Positions 1 to 10,189 of a stretch of DNA of 64,000 nt are shown here, piece after piece; the stretch's first letter is position 1, and every line of letters begins with the position of its first letter. Origin of the DNA: Candidatus Brocadiia bacterium (GTDB lineage Bacteria; Planctomycetota; Brocadiia; CAIUPP01). The DNA lies in the NCBI GenBank assembly GCA_050015075.1, contig JBEKCB010000013.1, positions 32,001 to 96,000 of the forward strand. The letters are read 5' to 3'. A program made the position numbers and the translations under genes. A model generated the notes under the pieces. The model worked only from the letters and a program-made list of their open reading frames with translations, was not told the DNA's origin and made no database searches.

Positions 1-324
1 CCGAAAAACCGCGCGCCGCTGCCCGAAGAGTCCGCGCTGTGCCTGCCCTACCTGCGACGCCAGATCGAGATCATCCGCCCGCGCATCATCGTGACGCTCG
101 GCAACGTCCCGACGCAGACGCTGCTCCAGACCACCGTCGGCATCACGAAGACGCGCGGCATCTTCGTCGAGCGCGACGGCATCCTCTTCATGCCCACCTT
201 CCATCCCGCGTACCTCCTGCGAGACCCGAACAAGAAGAAGGAGGTCTGGGAGGACATGAAAAAGGTCTGGGCGAAGATGAAGGAACTGGGCCTCCGGATC
301 GGCGAGTTGAAGTCCGCAAGATGA
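1..324 (+). CDS. uracil-DNA glycosylase family 4 (5' partial)
   Basis: Open from window start: PKNRAPLPEE..C.PYLRRQIEIIRPRIIVTLG...TFHPAYLLR motifs. Confidence 0.9.
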   Translation, partial: PKNRAPLPEESALCLPYLRRQIEIIRPRIIVTLGNVPTQTLLQTTVGITKTRGIFVERDGILFMPTFHPAYLLRDPNKKKEVWEDMKKVWAKMKELGLRIGELKSAR

Positions 325-367
325 AGCGGCCGGCTTGGCCCGACGCGAATCAGTAAGGTGAAAACCC

Positions 368-2275
368 ATGCGAAAATTCTGGATGGATCTGGAAGAATGC
401 CCCGCTGAACTCCGCGGCGGGCTGGCGGAAATCGCTGCCGAATATCCGAAGCGCTTCACGCGCGCGAAACGGCTCGGCACGGCGCTGACGTTCGAGCAGG
501 ACCCTGCGCTCAAGGGCGGCGGACTGGCGGTCGCGAAGCGCGGCTCGGCCTGCGCTGTTCGGTACGGGCGCAAGACGGATGCCTTCCGCGCGCTCGGCCG
601 GCTGATGGGCGAGGCCGCCGACGGCGCCGCGCGGCGCGGGAGTTTCTCCGAGACGCCTCGCTTCGATCTGCTCGGGATCATGATTGATATCTCCCGCAAC
701 GGCGTCCTGACGCCCCAGGCGGCGCGGGCGATGCTCCGCCGCTGCGCGCTGATGGGCCTCAACATGGCGATCCTCTACTCCGAGGATACCTACGAAGTCC
801 CCGGCGAGCCGTTCTTCGGCTACCTGCGCGGGCGCTGCACGCACGACGAGATGAAGTCGCTCGACGACTACGCCGACGCGCTCGGCATCGAAATGTTCCC
901 CTGCATCCAGGCGCTCGCCCACTTGCAGCAGGTCCTCCAATGGCCCGCTTATGCGGAATACCGCGACACGGGCGACGTGGTGCTCGCCGGCGAGCAGAGG
1001 AGCTACGCGCTGCTCGACAAGATGATCGCGGCCGCCTCGGCCCCGTTCCGCTCGCGGCGCATCCACCTCGGGATGGACGAGGCCTGGGGCATCGGCTCGG
1101 GCCGGTTCAAAGAACTCCACGGCGAAAAGCGCCCGTTCGACATCCTCAACGACCACCTCGCCCGCGTGCGCGATCTCTGCCGCAAGCGCGGCCTGCGGCC
1201 GATGATCTGGAGCGACATGTACTTCCACCTCGGCTCCAAATCCGGCGACTACTACGACCGCGACTGCGTTATCCCGCCGGACGTCGTCGCGAAAATCCCC
1301 AGGGACGTGCAGCTCGTGTATTGGGATTACTATCATTACGAGACCGACTTCTACCGCGGCATGATCCGGCGCCACCGCGCACTCGGCTCCGAGCCGGTCA
1401 TGGCCGGCGGCGTCTGGACGTGGAACCACTTTTGGGCCGCGCTGCCGCACAGCTTCAGCGTGGTCAACGCCTGCATGCGCGCGTGCCGGGAGGAAAAACT
1501 GCGCGAGGTCTTCATGACGATGTGGGGCGACGACGGGATGGAGTGCGACGTGTTCTCCGCGCTGCCGGGCCTGCAGCTTTTCGCCGAGCACGGCTATGCG
1601 GATGCCGTGGACCCGGCGCTGCTGCGCGCGAATTTCCGCGGCTCGTGCGACGCCGTCCTCGACGACTGGGTCCAGGCGTCCGGCGTGGATTCCGTCCCCT
1701 GTCTGGCCGACCGCGCGAAGAGCCGCACGAACGTCGGCAAGTGGCTGCTCTGGCAGGACCCGATGCTCGCGCTGATGGACCCGGAACTCGAGGGCTGCTC
1801 GCTGCGCGGGCATTATGAGAAGCTCTCCGCCGCGCTCTTCCGCGCCGCGAAGGAGACGCCCGCCTCGCGCCGGCTGATCTTCCCCGCGCGGCTGGCGCGG
1901 GCGCTGGCGCTCAAGTGCGACCTGCGCCGCAACCTGGCCGAGGCGTACGCCGCCGGCAACCGCAGGAAGCTCAGACGAATCCACGAGGGCGACCTGGTCG
2001 CGCTCCGCAAGGCGGTGGACGAACTCTGGAAATGCCACCGCGACATGTGGCTGGCGACGTACAAGCCGTTCGGCCTGGAGGTGATCGAGAAGCGCTACGG
2101 CGGGCTGCGCGCGCGGCTGGAGAGCCTGTCCGACCGGCTGTACGCCTACCTCAGCGGCAAGGTCCCGGAGATTCCCGAGCTCGAGGTCCGGCTCGAAAAG
2201 ATCGGCCCGAGGACGCCCGGCGACCTGCCGACCGTCGCCTACTCGCGCGTCTCGACGCCGAGTTGCATCAAGTGA
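368..2275 (+). CDS. GH20-family beta-N-acetylhexosaminidase (GcnA-like)
   Basis: MIDISRNGV, YSEDTYEV, IHLGMDEA catalytic DE pair, WSDMYF, YWDYYH. Confidence 0.85.
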   Translation: MRKFWMDLEECPAELRGGLAEIAAEYPKRFTRAKRLGTALTFEQDPALKGGGLAVAKRGSACAVRYGRKTDAFRALGRLMGEAADGAARRGSFSETPRFDLLGIMIDISRNGVLTPQAARAMLRRCALMGLNMAILYSEDTYEVPGEPFFGYLRGRCTHDEMKSLDDYADALGIEMFPCIQALAHLQQVLQWPAYAEYRDTGDVVLAGEQRSYALLDKMIAAASAPFRSRRIHLGMDEAWGIGSGRFKELHGEKRPFDILNDHLARVRDLCRKRGLRPMIWSDMYFHLGSKSGDYYDRDCVIPPDVVAKIPRDVQLVYWDYYHYETDFYRGMIRRHRALGSEPVMAGGVWTWNHFWAALPHSFSVVNACMRACREEKLREVFMTMWGDDGMECDVFSALPGLQLFAEHGYADAVDPALLRANFRGSCDAVLDDWVQASGVDSVPCLADRAKSRTNVGKWLLWQDPMLALMDPELEGCSLRGHYEKLSAALFRAAKETPASRRLIFPARLARALALKCDLRRNLAEAYAAGNRRKLRRIHEGDLVALRKAVDELWKCHRDMWLATYKPFGLEVIEKRYGGLRARLESLSDRLYAYLSGKVPEIPELEVRLEKIGPRTPGDLPTVAYSRVSTPSCIK

Positions 2276-2357
2276 GCCGCTGGTAGTGTGCCCGTCAGGG
2301 CATACGAATTAGCGCCTTACGGCGCCACGACCAGCGACGCCTGCGCTCCGCGGCGGA

Positions 2358-3152
2358 TCAGGGTGATCGCGGCGGGATTGCCGGCTGAGGAGCGGTCGGA
2401 CGATTTTCAAGAAACTGCTGCACGGTTCTCCCCTCGAGGCTCCGCGAAATTTCCGCCGGCTCGCCGGTCGCGGAGGGGCTGACGATCCGCAGCGTGTGGC
2501 CGGCGTGCGCCAGGTCCGGCGTGAGGAACGGCGCGAGGTCGAACCGCACCGTGCCCTCCGCGTCGCTGACGCCGCTGGCGAGCGGGCGGCCGTCCAGGCT
2601 CAGCGTCACGTCGCGGCCGGCGACCGGCGCGCGCCGCTCGCGGGTCACCGCGACGACCTGCTCCAGGAGGATCCGCTCCTCCTGCATTCGGACTTCCCGG
2701 CCGCCCATCGGCACGGCGGAGCAGAGGTTGAACCACGCGCCCACGTCGTGGAAATAGTCCCAGCGCGTCCAGGTTCCGCCGCCGTACGTGGTCGGATCAT
2801 GGAACGCCAGGAAGAACGGCGGGAAGATCGTCACCGCGATGGGCAGCTTGACCAGCGGATGATACCAGCGCCAGGGAACGTACGTCGGCTTGCCGAACCG
2901 CTCGAGCTGCGCCGGCCCGATGGTCGTCTCGAGCAGGTCGACGCGCACTTCGAGGACGGCGTTGCGCTCGGAGATCTCGCGCGTGATCCGCAGCGGCCGT
3001 TCGAGCGGCGCATTCGTGACGCGGCTCTCGCCGAGCGGCGTCAGCACGGACCGGATATCCACATAGCCGGTCGGATGCGCGCAGCCGGCGATCAACGCCA
3101 GGCCGGCCAGCGACGCCAGCCCGCGAAGGCTCCAATGCGGCGCTCGATTCAC
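2358..3152 (-). CDS. hypothetical lipoprotein
   Basis: GTG at 3152 gives VNRAPHWSLRGLASLAGLALIAG-C lipobox; no family recognised. Confidence 0.6.
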   Translation of the reverse strand: MNRAPHWSLRGLASLAGLALIAGCAHPTGYVDIRSVLTPLGESRVTNAPLERPLRITREISERNAVLEVRVDLLETTIGPAQLERFGKPTYVPWRWYHPLVKLPIAVTIFPPFFLAFHDPTTYGGGTWTRWDYFHDVGAWFNLCSAVPMGGREVRMQEERILLEQVVAVTRERRAPVAGRDVTLSLDGRPLASGVSDAEGTVRFDLAPFLTPDLAHAGHTLRIVSPSATGEPAEISRSLEGRTVQQFLENRPTAPQPAIPPRSP

Positions 3153-3260
3153 AGGGATCTCCGGTTTTTGGCGATATCGCGCTTGAAGCAGGCAAGGGCC
3201 GAGTATAGGCGCGCCGCCGCCAAAATGCAACCGCGGCGGCCGCGCAGGCGGTCCGGGGAG

Positions 3261-3289
3261 TTGACACGGGCCGCGCCGGCGGGTATTTT
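3261..3289 (+). promoter_or_regulatory. possible sigma70 promoter for tolC
   Basis: TTGACA-N17-TATTTT. Confidence 0.4.
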
Positions 3290-3332
3290 TGGCCGTCGGC
3301 GGGAATATGGCGCGGAGCATAAGTCATGCTTC

Positions 3333-3417
3333 ACCACGACGGCACGACGAGCACTACGTACGGATTAGAACCATTAATCTAACTTTCCGTACGTCGTGTT
3401 CGTCGCGCCGTCGTGGT
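3333..3417. repeat. 85-bp inverted-repeat element, ACCACGACGGCACGACG class
   Basis: ACCACGACGGCACGACGAGCACTACGTACGGA...TCCGTACGTCGTGTTCGTCGCGCCGTCGTGGT; sibling at 43776-43860. Confidence 0.9.
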
Positions 3418-3491
3418 AAAAGCGTGTGCTTCGTGGTGAGAGGATGAGGATGTTTTCGTTGAGGCCGCTGGTTCGCGGGAGGAGCGCCCCG

Positions 3492-4964
3492 ATGCCGGAT
3501 CCACTTCGCACGCCGTGCGCCATCCTCGTCGCCGCCCTGGCGGTGTCGCTCGCGGGCGGTTGTTTCGACACGACCGGGCTGAAGTCGGATGTCCTGGCCG
3601 GCCGCGAGAGCCGGTACGAGGGCTGGCGCTCCGAGAAGCGCGGCGAGGAAGCCCAGCGCCCGACGCTCTCGGGCCAGCTTTCGCTCGAGGACGGCATCCT
3701 GACCGCGCTGCGGAACAGCCGGCAGATCGAAATTGCGGTGCTCGAACGCGTGAAGGCGGGCGCTCGCATTGAGGAGGCGTGGTCGCAGGCGCTGCCGGAC
3801 CTGGACCTGGGCGCCAGTTACACGCGCCTCGGCGAGGCGCCCAAGGTCAGCTTCAACGGCAACACGATTACGGTCGGCACGCTGGACAACTATGCCCTGA
3901 CGGCGAAGGTCAGCCAGCCGCTCTATCGCGGCGGCGCGATCACCGCCGGCGTCCGCGGCGCCCGAATCTACTCCGTCCTCGTGGACGAGGAAATGCGCGG
4001 CACGCGGCAGGCGGTGATCTTCGCCGCCCGCAAAGCTTACTACGACGCGCGCCTGGCGCTGGAACTCAAAGCCGCCAGTGCCGACGCCGTCAGCGTAGCG
4101 CAGCGCCACCTCGAAGACGTGGACAAGAACGTCAAGGCCGGCAAGCTCTCCGATTTCGACCACCTCCGCGCCGGGGTGGAACTCAAGACCCTCATCGCGC
4201 AGAACGTGCAGGACGAGAACCGCTACCACGTGGCGCTGACCACGCTGCTCAACGTGCTCGGCGTCTCGCAGGAGAGCCAGATCGAGCTGTCCGAGCCGCT
4301 GCATTACCGGCCCCTGACGCCGGTGCTCGAGGAGACCGTGCATATGGCCTTCACGCAGAACTCCGATATCCTCCAGGCCGAACTCACGATCCGGCTCCAG
4401 CGCGAGGCGGTCAACGTCGCGCGCGCCGGATATTACCCGCAGATGGACGCGTTCGCCCAAACCGAGGAGGCGAAGCCGAACCCGAATAACGAGACGGACA
4501 CCGCGTGGGGCAGCGCGTGGAGCGCCGGGGTGACGCTGACGTACCGCGTCTTCGACGGCTTCAAGACGCGTTCGCAGGTGCGGCAGGCGGAGGCGCAGTT
4601 GGAGCAGTACGAGGTGACGCTGCGCGACACGGAGGAGCGAACGCTTTTGCAGATCAAGCAGGCGATCCTCAGCATCGAGGACGCGTCGAAGGAAGTGACC
4701 GCGCAGCAGGCGAACGTCGAGGAGGCGCAGGAGGCGCAGCGGCTGGCCGAGCTCGGTTTCAGCCAAGGCGTGCGCTTGCAGGTGGAGGTGCTCGACGCGC
4801 AGCGCGCGCTCACCAGCGCCCAGGCGACCTACGCGACGGCGGTGTACAACCACGAGCTGGCGCGACTTCAGTTGGAGCAGGCCATCGGCACGCTCGAAGC
4901 GCCGGAAGGCGCCGAGCAGGAACCGTTAGCGCCGCCCGCGCCCGTCGCGCCGGAAGCGAAGTAA
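3492..4964 (+). CDS. TolC-family outer membrane efflux lipoprotein
   Basis: GGAGGAG RBS, LAGG-C lipobox, LSLED..ALRNS, two OEP repeats (SQPLYRGG; YRVFDGF), EVLDAQ. Confidence 0.9.
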   Translation: MPDPLRTPCAILVAALAVSLAGGCFDTTGLKSDVLAGRESRYEGWRSEKRGEEAQRPTLSGQLSLEDGILTALRNSRQIEIAVLERVKAGARIEEAWSQALPDLDLGASYTRLGEAPKVSFNGNTITVGTLDNYALTAKVSQPLYRGGAITAGVRGARIYSVLVDEEMRGTRQAVIFAARKAYYDARLALELKAASADAVSVAQRHLEDVDKNVKAGKLSDFDHLRAGVELKTLIAQNVQDENRYHVALTTLLNVLGVSQESQIELSEPLHYRPLTPVLEETVHMAFTQNSDILQAELTIRLQREAVNVARAGYYPQMDAFAQTEEAKPNPNNETDTAWGSAWSAGVTLTYRVFDGFKTRSQVRQAEAQLEQYEVTLRDTEERTLLQIKQAILSIEDASKEVTAQQANVEEAQEAQRLAELGFSQGVRLQVEVLDAQRALTSAQATYATAVYNHELARLQLEQAIGTLEAPEGAEQEPLAPPAPVAPEAK

Positions 4965-5009
4965 CCGACCCCGCGCGCGGCCGGGCATGCGATGCGCCGA
5001 ACGGCGCGC

Positions 5010-6062
5010 TCACCCGCCCGGATCGCGCTCCTCCGCCGACCCGCTGCGATCCCAGCGTTTCGTTCTCCACGAGACCAGCCTCGCCGCGATCGGCGGGCAG
5101 AACGTGGCGCTCCACAATGCCAGCGTTGCAGGCTTCGGCCGGGCTCGCAGCGCGGCAATGTAATGGGCGCGCGCCTCGCGCATCTCGCCCTGGTTCACCC
5201 GCGCCGTCGCGCAGTTGTCGTGCAGCCGGGCCATGCTCGAGAGGATGGTCCGCCGCCCGGCCTGCCGGCATATTTCCGGCGACCGGAGCCACCGCTCCAT
5301 CACCACCAGCAGGTCGCGGAGCATCTGCGTTCCTCCGTGCTGCGTGTGCTGCCGCGCGTGATGCCGGTACTGGTAAAGCGCCTCCGGGATGTACGCGAAG
5401 GAATACCGGACGGCCAGCCGCATCCAGAGATCCCAATCGTCCGGCCCTCGAAGCCCGGCATCGAAACCGCCGACCTCCATGAGGACCGACTTCCGGGCGA
5501 TGACTCCGGAACAGGAGTTGACCAGGCACCGCTTCACGAGGGCCTCGGTGAAAGGCTTTTCGGGAAGCAGCACGGCGCCTCGCCCGAGCGGTTTTGCCTG
5601 CCGGCTCACCGAATCGAGCAGGCGATCCCGCTCAGCCGTTGAACCGTGCGTCATGGGCTTTCCCTGGTCGTCAATGTGGCTCCATCGGGTGAAGCAGACG
5701 ACGGTGGACGGCTCTTCCAGGAACACGGCGGCCTGCCGTTCGAGTTTCTCCGGCAGCCAGAGGTCGTCCTGGTCGAGGAAGGCCACCCAGTCGCCGCGCG
5801 CGGCCGCAATGCCCTGGTTTCGCGCCGCGGCCCCGCCCTGGTTGCTCTGCCGGAGGTATCGGACGCGGTCGCCGAAGCGGCGCACGACTTCCGGCGTGGC
5901 ATCGGTCGAGCCGTCATCCACGACGATGATCTCGACGTTGGAGTAGGTCTGTGCGAGGGCGCTCTCGATGGTCTGGCCGATGAAGCGCTCGCCGTTGAAT
6001 GCCGGGATGACCACACTGACCAGCGGGGCTGCCGGTCCGGCGTGCGTCACTTGGGCCTCCAT
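5010..6062 (-). CDS. GT2 glycosyltransferase
   Basis: VSVVIPAFN, VVDDGSTD, FLDQDD, DDWDLW. Confidence 0.9.
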   Translation of the reverse strand: MEAQVTHAGPAAPLVSVVIPAFNGERFIGQTIESALAQTYSNVEIIVVDDGSTDATPEVVRRFGDRVRYLRQSNQGGAAARNQGIAAARGDWVAFLDQDDLWLPEKLERQAAVFLEEPSTVVCFTRWSHIDDQGKPMTHGSTAERDRLLDSVSRQAKPLGRGAVLLPEKPFTEALVKRCLVNSCSGVIARKSVLMEVGGFDAGLRGPDDWDLWMRLAVRYSFAYIPEALYQYRHHARQHTQHGGTQMLRDLLVVMERWLRSPEICRQAGRRTILSSMARLHDNCATARVNQGEMREARAHYIAALRARPKPATLALWSATFCPPIAARLVSWRTKRWDRSGSAEERDPGG

Positions 6063-6262
6063 TCCGGTGCGCTCCGCCTCTCGGGACGAACGCGCCGCGC
6101 CTCGCGGATCCGGCTGCGTCGGTTGGATACATGGCGCCGTATGAACGATCGGGCGGCGCCGGCAAATCTTACCCTGAGCGGCCCGGACAAGTCAACGTCT
6201 GGCTGCAGGCCGGCGGATATAACCATCTTAGCAGGCCATGCTTACGCGCATGATCTGCGCTG

Positions 6263-6313
6263 TGTACGGGAATATCAACAGAACGAAGGCGACGGTGTGG
6301 ACTTTCTTATACA
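6263..6313. promoter_or_regulatory. pair of TGT-N12-ACA putative enhancer boxes
   Basis: TGTACGGGAATATCAACA (6263-6280) and TGTGGACTTTCTTATACA (6296-6313), upstream of a sigma54 site. Confidence 0.6.
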
Positions 6314-6451
6314 AAGCCTGTCCCATTTTGCGTAAATAACGTTTCATGTCTGCACAGCCTGCATATTGTAGCGTTAAGCGACCGTCATATCGTGCGCTCA
6401 GACAGTGATATAGGACATCACTTCTCGATTTGGCCGCGTCGCGACATGGCA

Positions 6452-6466
6452 TGGTATGGCAATTGC
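6452..6466 (+). promoter_or_regulatory. sigma54 -24/-12 promoter of PEP-CTERM gene
   Basis: TGGTATG-GCAA-TTGC(T), canonical spacing. Confidence 0.75.
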
Positions 6467-6563
6467 TAAGATTTCATTGTGCAGTTCGACTTGTCGAATC
6501 TGCGCCATCATCTGCTGGGGCTCAGCATGATGAGGAAAACGTAGATCAGAAAAAGGGCATGTC

Positions 6564-6956
6564 ATGTCTGAAAAAGCTGCGCGTAAATTGTCGGTCGTTC
6601 TTGTCGGCGCTGTCGTTCTCTTGCTGATCGGCTGCACGCCTGGTTCGAGCGGCAGCTCGAATGATCCTGCTGCGAGTTCCACCGGCGGCTCCGGCGTCAC
6701 CGCGCTCGCGACAGATCCCATTAAGGATCCGCCTCCGGGCTCCACCGGCGGTTCCGGCGGCACCACGCTCGTCGGTGATCCCGTTAATGATCCGCCTTCG
6801 GACCCCGTCAGTTTGGGCAACGGCCCGCTCGGCGGAGATCCCCCTGCCAACGATCCGCCTCCGGCCAGTCTTCCCGAACCGGCGACCGGCCTGTTGTTCC
6901 TTTGCGCGGCGGGCTCTGCGGCGTTGGCCCGATTGAGGGCGCGCAAGCGCGCCTGA
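6564..6956 (+). CDS. small PEP-CTERM protein with N-terminal lipobox
   Basis: LLLIG-C signal; S/T/G/P/D-rich middle; LPEPATGLLFLCAAGSAALARLRARKRA tail. Confidence 0.85.
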   Translation: MSEKAARKLSVVLVGAVVLLLIGCTPGSSGSSNDPAASSTGGSGVTALATDPIKDPPPGSTGGSGGTTLVGDPVNDPPSDPVSLGNGPLGGDPPANDPPPASLPEPATGLLFLCAAGSAALARLRARKRA

Positions 6957-7069
6957 CGGCCGGGAGTTTTCCCGGACGACCGTTTCCCTTCCGAGATGTT
7001 TTTCGGGCAGGACTGCCCGATCTGCATCCGTGCCTGCCTTGTTCCGGCAGCGCTTCCATCTCGATGCCG

Positions 7070-7098
7070 TTGACACGCGGATGAAACTCTCCGATAAT
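7070..7098 (+). promoter_or_regulatory. sigma70 promoter for MFS gene
   Basis: TTGACA-N17-GATAAT. Confidence 0.55.
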
Positions 7099-7233
7099 TG
7101 GGCGTCATTGAGGCGCCGCCGCCCCAGCCGAGGGGCGCATCGGACGAGCGGATTCCCGCCCGCTCGAAGGGCGCAGGAACGCCAGGGAGGGCCGTGCCAT
7201 CCGGCTCACCGTGAAATCAGCCCAGGAAACCGC

Positions 7234-8541
7234 GTGAGCGACGAAACGGTCACGAACCGCGCCCAGCATGCCCAGGCGCACTTCATCGCCATGGCGGTCG
7301 CGTTCTCGCTGGGGGTGTTCAACGATAACTTCTTCAAGCAGGCGGCGCTGCTGATCGCCATCGCTATCGGCCGCAGCTCGATGCAGGGCTGGGCGACGGC
7401 CATTTTTTCGCTGCCGTTCCTCCTCTTCGCCGCGCAGGCCGGCTGGCTGGCCGACCGGTTCCCGAAACGGAACATCGTCATCAGCGCGAAGGTGCTCGAA
7501 CTGGCGGCGATGATCTGCGGAGCGATCGGCATCTGCATGCCGCAGATCAACGTTACGCTCATCCTGATCATGCTCGGCGTAATGGGGTTGCAAGCCACGC
7601 TCATCAACCCCGCGCTGAACGCCTCCATCGCCGAGCTTTATCCGGCCGCCGGCGTCCTGAAGGCGAACGCGGTCCTGCGGCCGATCATCACGAGCAACGT
7701 GCTCGCCGGCGTGGCGCTGGCCGGCTTTGCGCTGGCGCGGCCCGGCGCGGCGCTCTACGGCATTCCGCGCGGGCGGCTGACCGTGGCGGTGACGGTGGTG
7801 GCTGTCGCCGTGGTCGGAGTGCTGGCCAGCCTGGGTGCGCCGCGCCGTTCGGCGGCGGCGCCCGCCCTGAAATTCCCGTGGAGCGGGCCGCTGGATACCA
7901 TCCGCGAACTCAACGCCATCCGCAAGGATTTCCTGCTGTACCTGACGATCATCGCCGACGTGTTCATCTGGTTCGCCGGCACCGTGCTGATGCTGGTGAT
8001 CAACCAAATGGGGATGTACCAATACCAGGCCGTATTCGGCGGGCGCCGGGAGTACGCGACCAGCGGGCTGGTCGTGGCGCAACTGGTCGGGTTCGCGTTC
8101 GGCGGCGGGATCAGCAGCAAGCTGGCCGCCGGCGAACGATGGCACCGCGTGCTGGTGCCGGGGGCGCTGGGCATGGCGGCGCTGATGTCCATGATGCCCT
8201 GGGTTCCGAGCCTGAGCCTTGCGATGCAGCCGGCCGCGCTGTTCGCGCTGATCTGCCTGATCGGCATCGGCGGCGGCATCGTCCTGGTTCCGTGCGAGAG
8301 CTTCATCCAGCTGCGGCCGGCGCTGGAGAAGAAAGGGGCGGTGATCGCCGCGTCGAACTTTGCGGCCTTCAGCGGAATCCTGCTTTCCGGGCCGGTGGCC
8401 AACCTGCTGAATGCGCATCTGCTCCCCACGGACAGCTTCGGCGTGATCGGGCTGCTGGCGTGGGGTGTCGGGGTGGGCGTACTGGTGGCGCTCAGACGCG
8501 GCCTGAAGCCCGTTCCGGTCTCTCCTTCGATCCGGGCGTAG
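7234..8541 (+). CDS. MFS transporter, LplT/Aas-associated type
   Basis: LGVFNDNFFKQ, LPFLLF..AGWLADRFPKR, many TM helices; GTG start after AGGAAA. Confidence 0.8.
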   Translation: MSDETVTNRAQHAQAHFIAMAVAFSLGVFNDNFFKQAALLIAIAIGRSSMQGWATAIFSLPFLLFAAQAGWLADRFPKRNIVISAKVLELAAMICGAIGICMPQINVTLILIMLGVMGLQATLINPALNASIAELYPAAGVLKANAVLRPIITSNVLAGVALAGFALARPGAALYGIPRGRLTVAVTVVAVAVVGVLASLGAPRRSAAAPALKFPWSGPLDTIRELNAIRKDFLLYLTIIADVFIWFAGTVLMLVINQMGMYQYQAVFGGRREYATSGLVVAQLVGFAFGGGISSKLAAGERWHRVLVPGALGMAALMSMMPWVPSLSLAMQPAALFALICLIGIGGGIVLVPCESFIQLRPALEKKGAVIAASNFAAFSGILLSGPVANLLNAHLLPTDSFGVIGLLAWGVGVGVLVALRRGLKPVPVSPSIRA

Positions 8542-8625
8542 CCAATCGGCAAGAAGCCAGGCGGGGCAGTCTTGCGGCTGCATGGCGTGTTGCCGACGCT
8601 GATTCCTTAGACATTTCTCAAGCGC

Positions 8626-8665
8626 AGTTGATAAAACGCCACAAGAGTGTATAGTTTTTAGGACA
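8626..8665. promoter_or_regulatory. pair of TGT-N12-ACA-type boxes
   Basis: AGTTGATAAAACGCCACA (8626-8643) and TGTATAGTTTTTAGGACA (8648-8665), starts 22 bp apart. Confidence 0.6.
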
Positions 8666-8757
8666 CTGCGCTATTCGAGGAAGAGGCTCCCAAGCTGTAA
8701 AGCATTGGTATAAGGCATGTTGCGAATTCGCGCAGATTATACATTTTCGTTTTTGAG

Positions 8758-8772
8758 GGGCACAACTTTTGC
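8758..8772 (+). promoter_or_regulatory. sigma54 promoter of glycan operon
   Basis: GGGCACA-ACTT-TTGC(T). Confidence 0.7.
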
Positions 8773-8841
8773 TAAGTCTGTAACTATTCAGCCGGCGCGC
8801 TGTCGGCTGATGCTCTGTTCTTTTCGGGAAAAGGGACCTTC

Positions 8842-10161
8842 TTGGCGTACGCCTCGCTGATCGCCTACGTTCTGATCCTCTTCATCCGCCCGCAGGAGTG
8901 GGTGTCGTGGATGCTGAACCTGAATATCATGGTTTTCGTGGCCGGCTTCGCGGTGTTCGCGACCCTGATAGGGATCGCCAGCAACAAGTGGCGCTTCAAG
9001 AACGCGCCGCAGAACGTGCTGGTCTTCTGGTTCTTCGTTGCCGTGCTCGTGAGCAACCTGCTGTGCTTCGAAAGTCCGTTCAATAAACGCCCTACGCTGT
9101 TCGCCTTCACGAATTTCGGGAAGGTCGTCTTCTTCTTCTTCCTCATCTCGATCAACCTCCGGACGGCAAGGCAGGTGAGAGGGTTGATCGTGGCGGTCAT
9201 CATCGGCTGCCTGTTCATGTCCATCCACGGGATATTGCAGATCCATACCGGCTCCGGGTTCGGCGCAGGCGTCAACAGCCCCTCCGCGCTGCCGCTGAAC
9301 ATGGTGTACGAGCACACGCAGCGCATCCAGGCTTTCGGTTTTTTCGCGGACCCGAACGACCTGGCGCTGGCGCTGGTGGTGGCGCTGCCGTTCGTGATCA
9401 ACGTGATTCACCGGCCGGGGTCCTCCGCTCCGGCGCGGCTGCTCTGCCTGGGGATCGCCGGCGTCCTCGGTTATGCCATTTTCCTCACCAACTCGCGCGG
9501 AGGCTGGCTGGCGCTGGCCATCACGACGATGTGCTACCTGCTGCTGAACTTCCGCATGAAGAAGATCGCGGTCGTGACGGGGATCCTGTTTACGGTCGGG
9601 CTGATGATGCTGGCGCCCGGGCGCGTCTCCTCATCCTCGATGAGCAGTCATGACGAATCCGCGCGCGGCCGCATGGTGGCGTGGACCGATGGCAACCGCA
9701 TGTTGAAGAGTTCGCCTATTTTCGGCGTCGGCTATGAACGGTTCACCGACTTCGCCGAAGGCAACCGGGTGGCGCACAATTCCTTCGTGCATTGCTACGG
9801 GGAGCTGGGCCTGTTCGGCTACTTCTTCTGGCTGGCGCTGCTGTTCGCGTCGGTGAAGGACTGTTACGCGATGGGGAAGGACCTGACTTCAGACGATCCC
9901 GAGCGGCGCGAGATGGGCCGCCTGGCCCGGGTCATGCTCGCCTCGTTCATCGGATATATAGCGGCGTCCGTGTTCCTGAGTCGAACGTACACGCCGCTGC
10001 TGTTCCTCATGTTCGGGCTGATTGCGGCGCTGCACGCCGCCTACGAGCGGCAATTCGGCGCACTCAAGGGCGGCATGATTCGGCGCGACCTGAAGTATGT
10101 CCTGCTCATCGAGTTGGCGAGCATCCCGTTCTTCTACCTGTTCCTGCGTTTCGCGCTGTGA
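8842..10161 (+). CDS. O-antigen ligase / O-glycosylation ligase family (Wzy_C) protein
   Basis: Polytopic; FADPNDLAL, TNSRGG, PIFGVG, VAHNSF. Confidence 0.85.
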   Translation: MAYASLIAYVLILFIRPQEWVSWMLNLNIMVFVAGFAVFATLIGIASNKWRFKNAPQNVLVFWFFVAVLVSNLLCFESPFNKRPTLFAFTNFGKVVFFFFLISINLRTARQVRGLIVAVIIGCLFMSIHGILQIHTGSGFGAGVNSPSALPLNMVYEHTQRIQAFGFFADPNDLALALVVALPFVINVIHRPGSSAPARLLCLGIAGVLGYAIFLTNSRGGWLALAITTMCYLLLNFRMKKIAVVTGILFTVGLMMLAPGRVSSSSMSSHDESARGRMVAWTDGNRMLKSSPIFGVGYERFTDFAEGNRVAHNSFVHCYGELGLFGYFFWLALLFASVKDCYAMGKDLTSDDPERREMGRLARVMLASFIGYIAASVFLSRTYTPLLFLMFGLIAALHAAYERQFGALKGGMIRRDLKYVLLIELASIPFFYLFLRFAL

Positions 10162-10189
10162 CGAGGTCATCCTGGAGAGACGCAGTCCG

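Noticed and set aside
8706-8724. Alternative sigma54 site TGGTATAAGGCATGTTGC
   Set aside because: The GG-to-GC spacing is wrong; the 8758 site fits.
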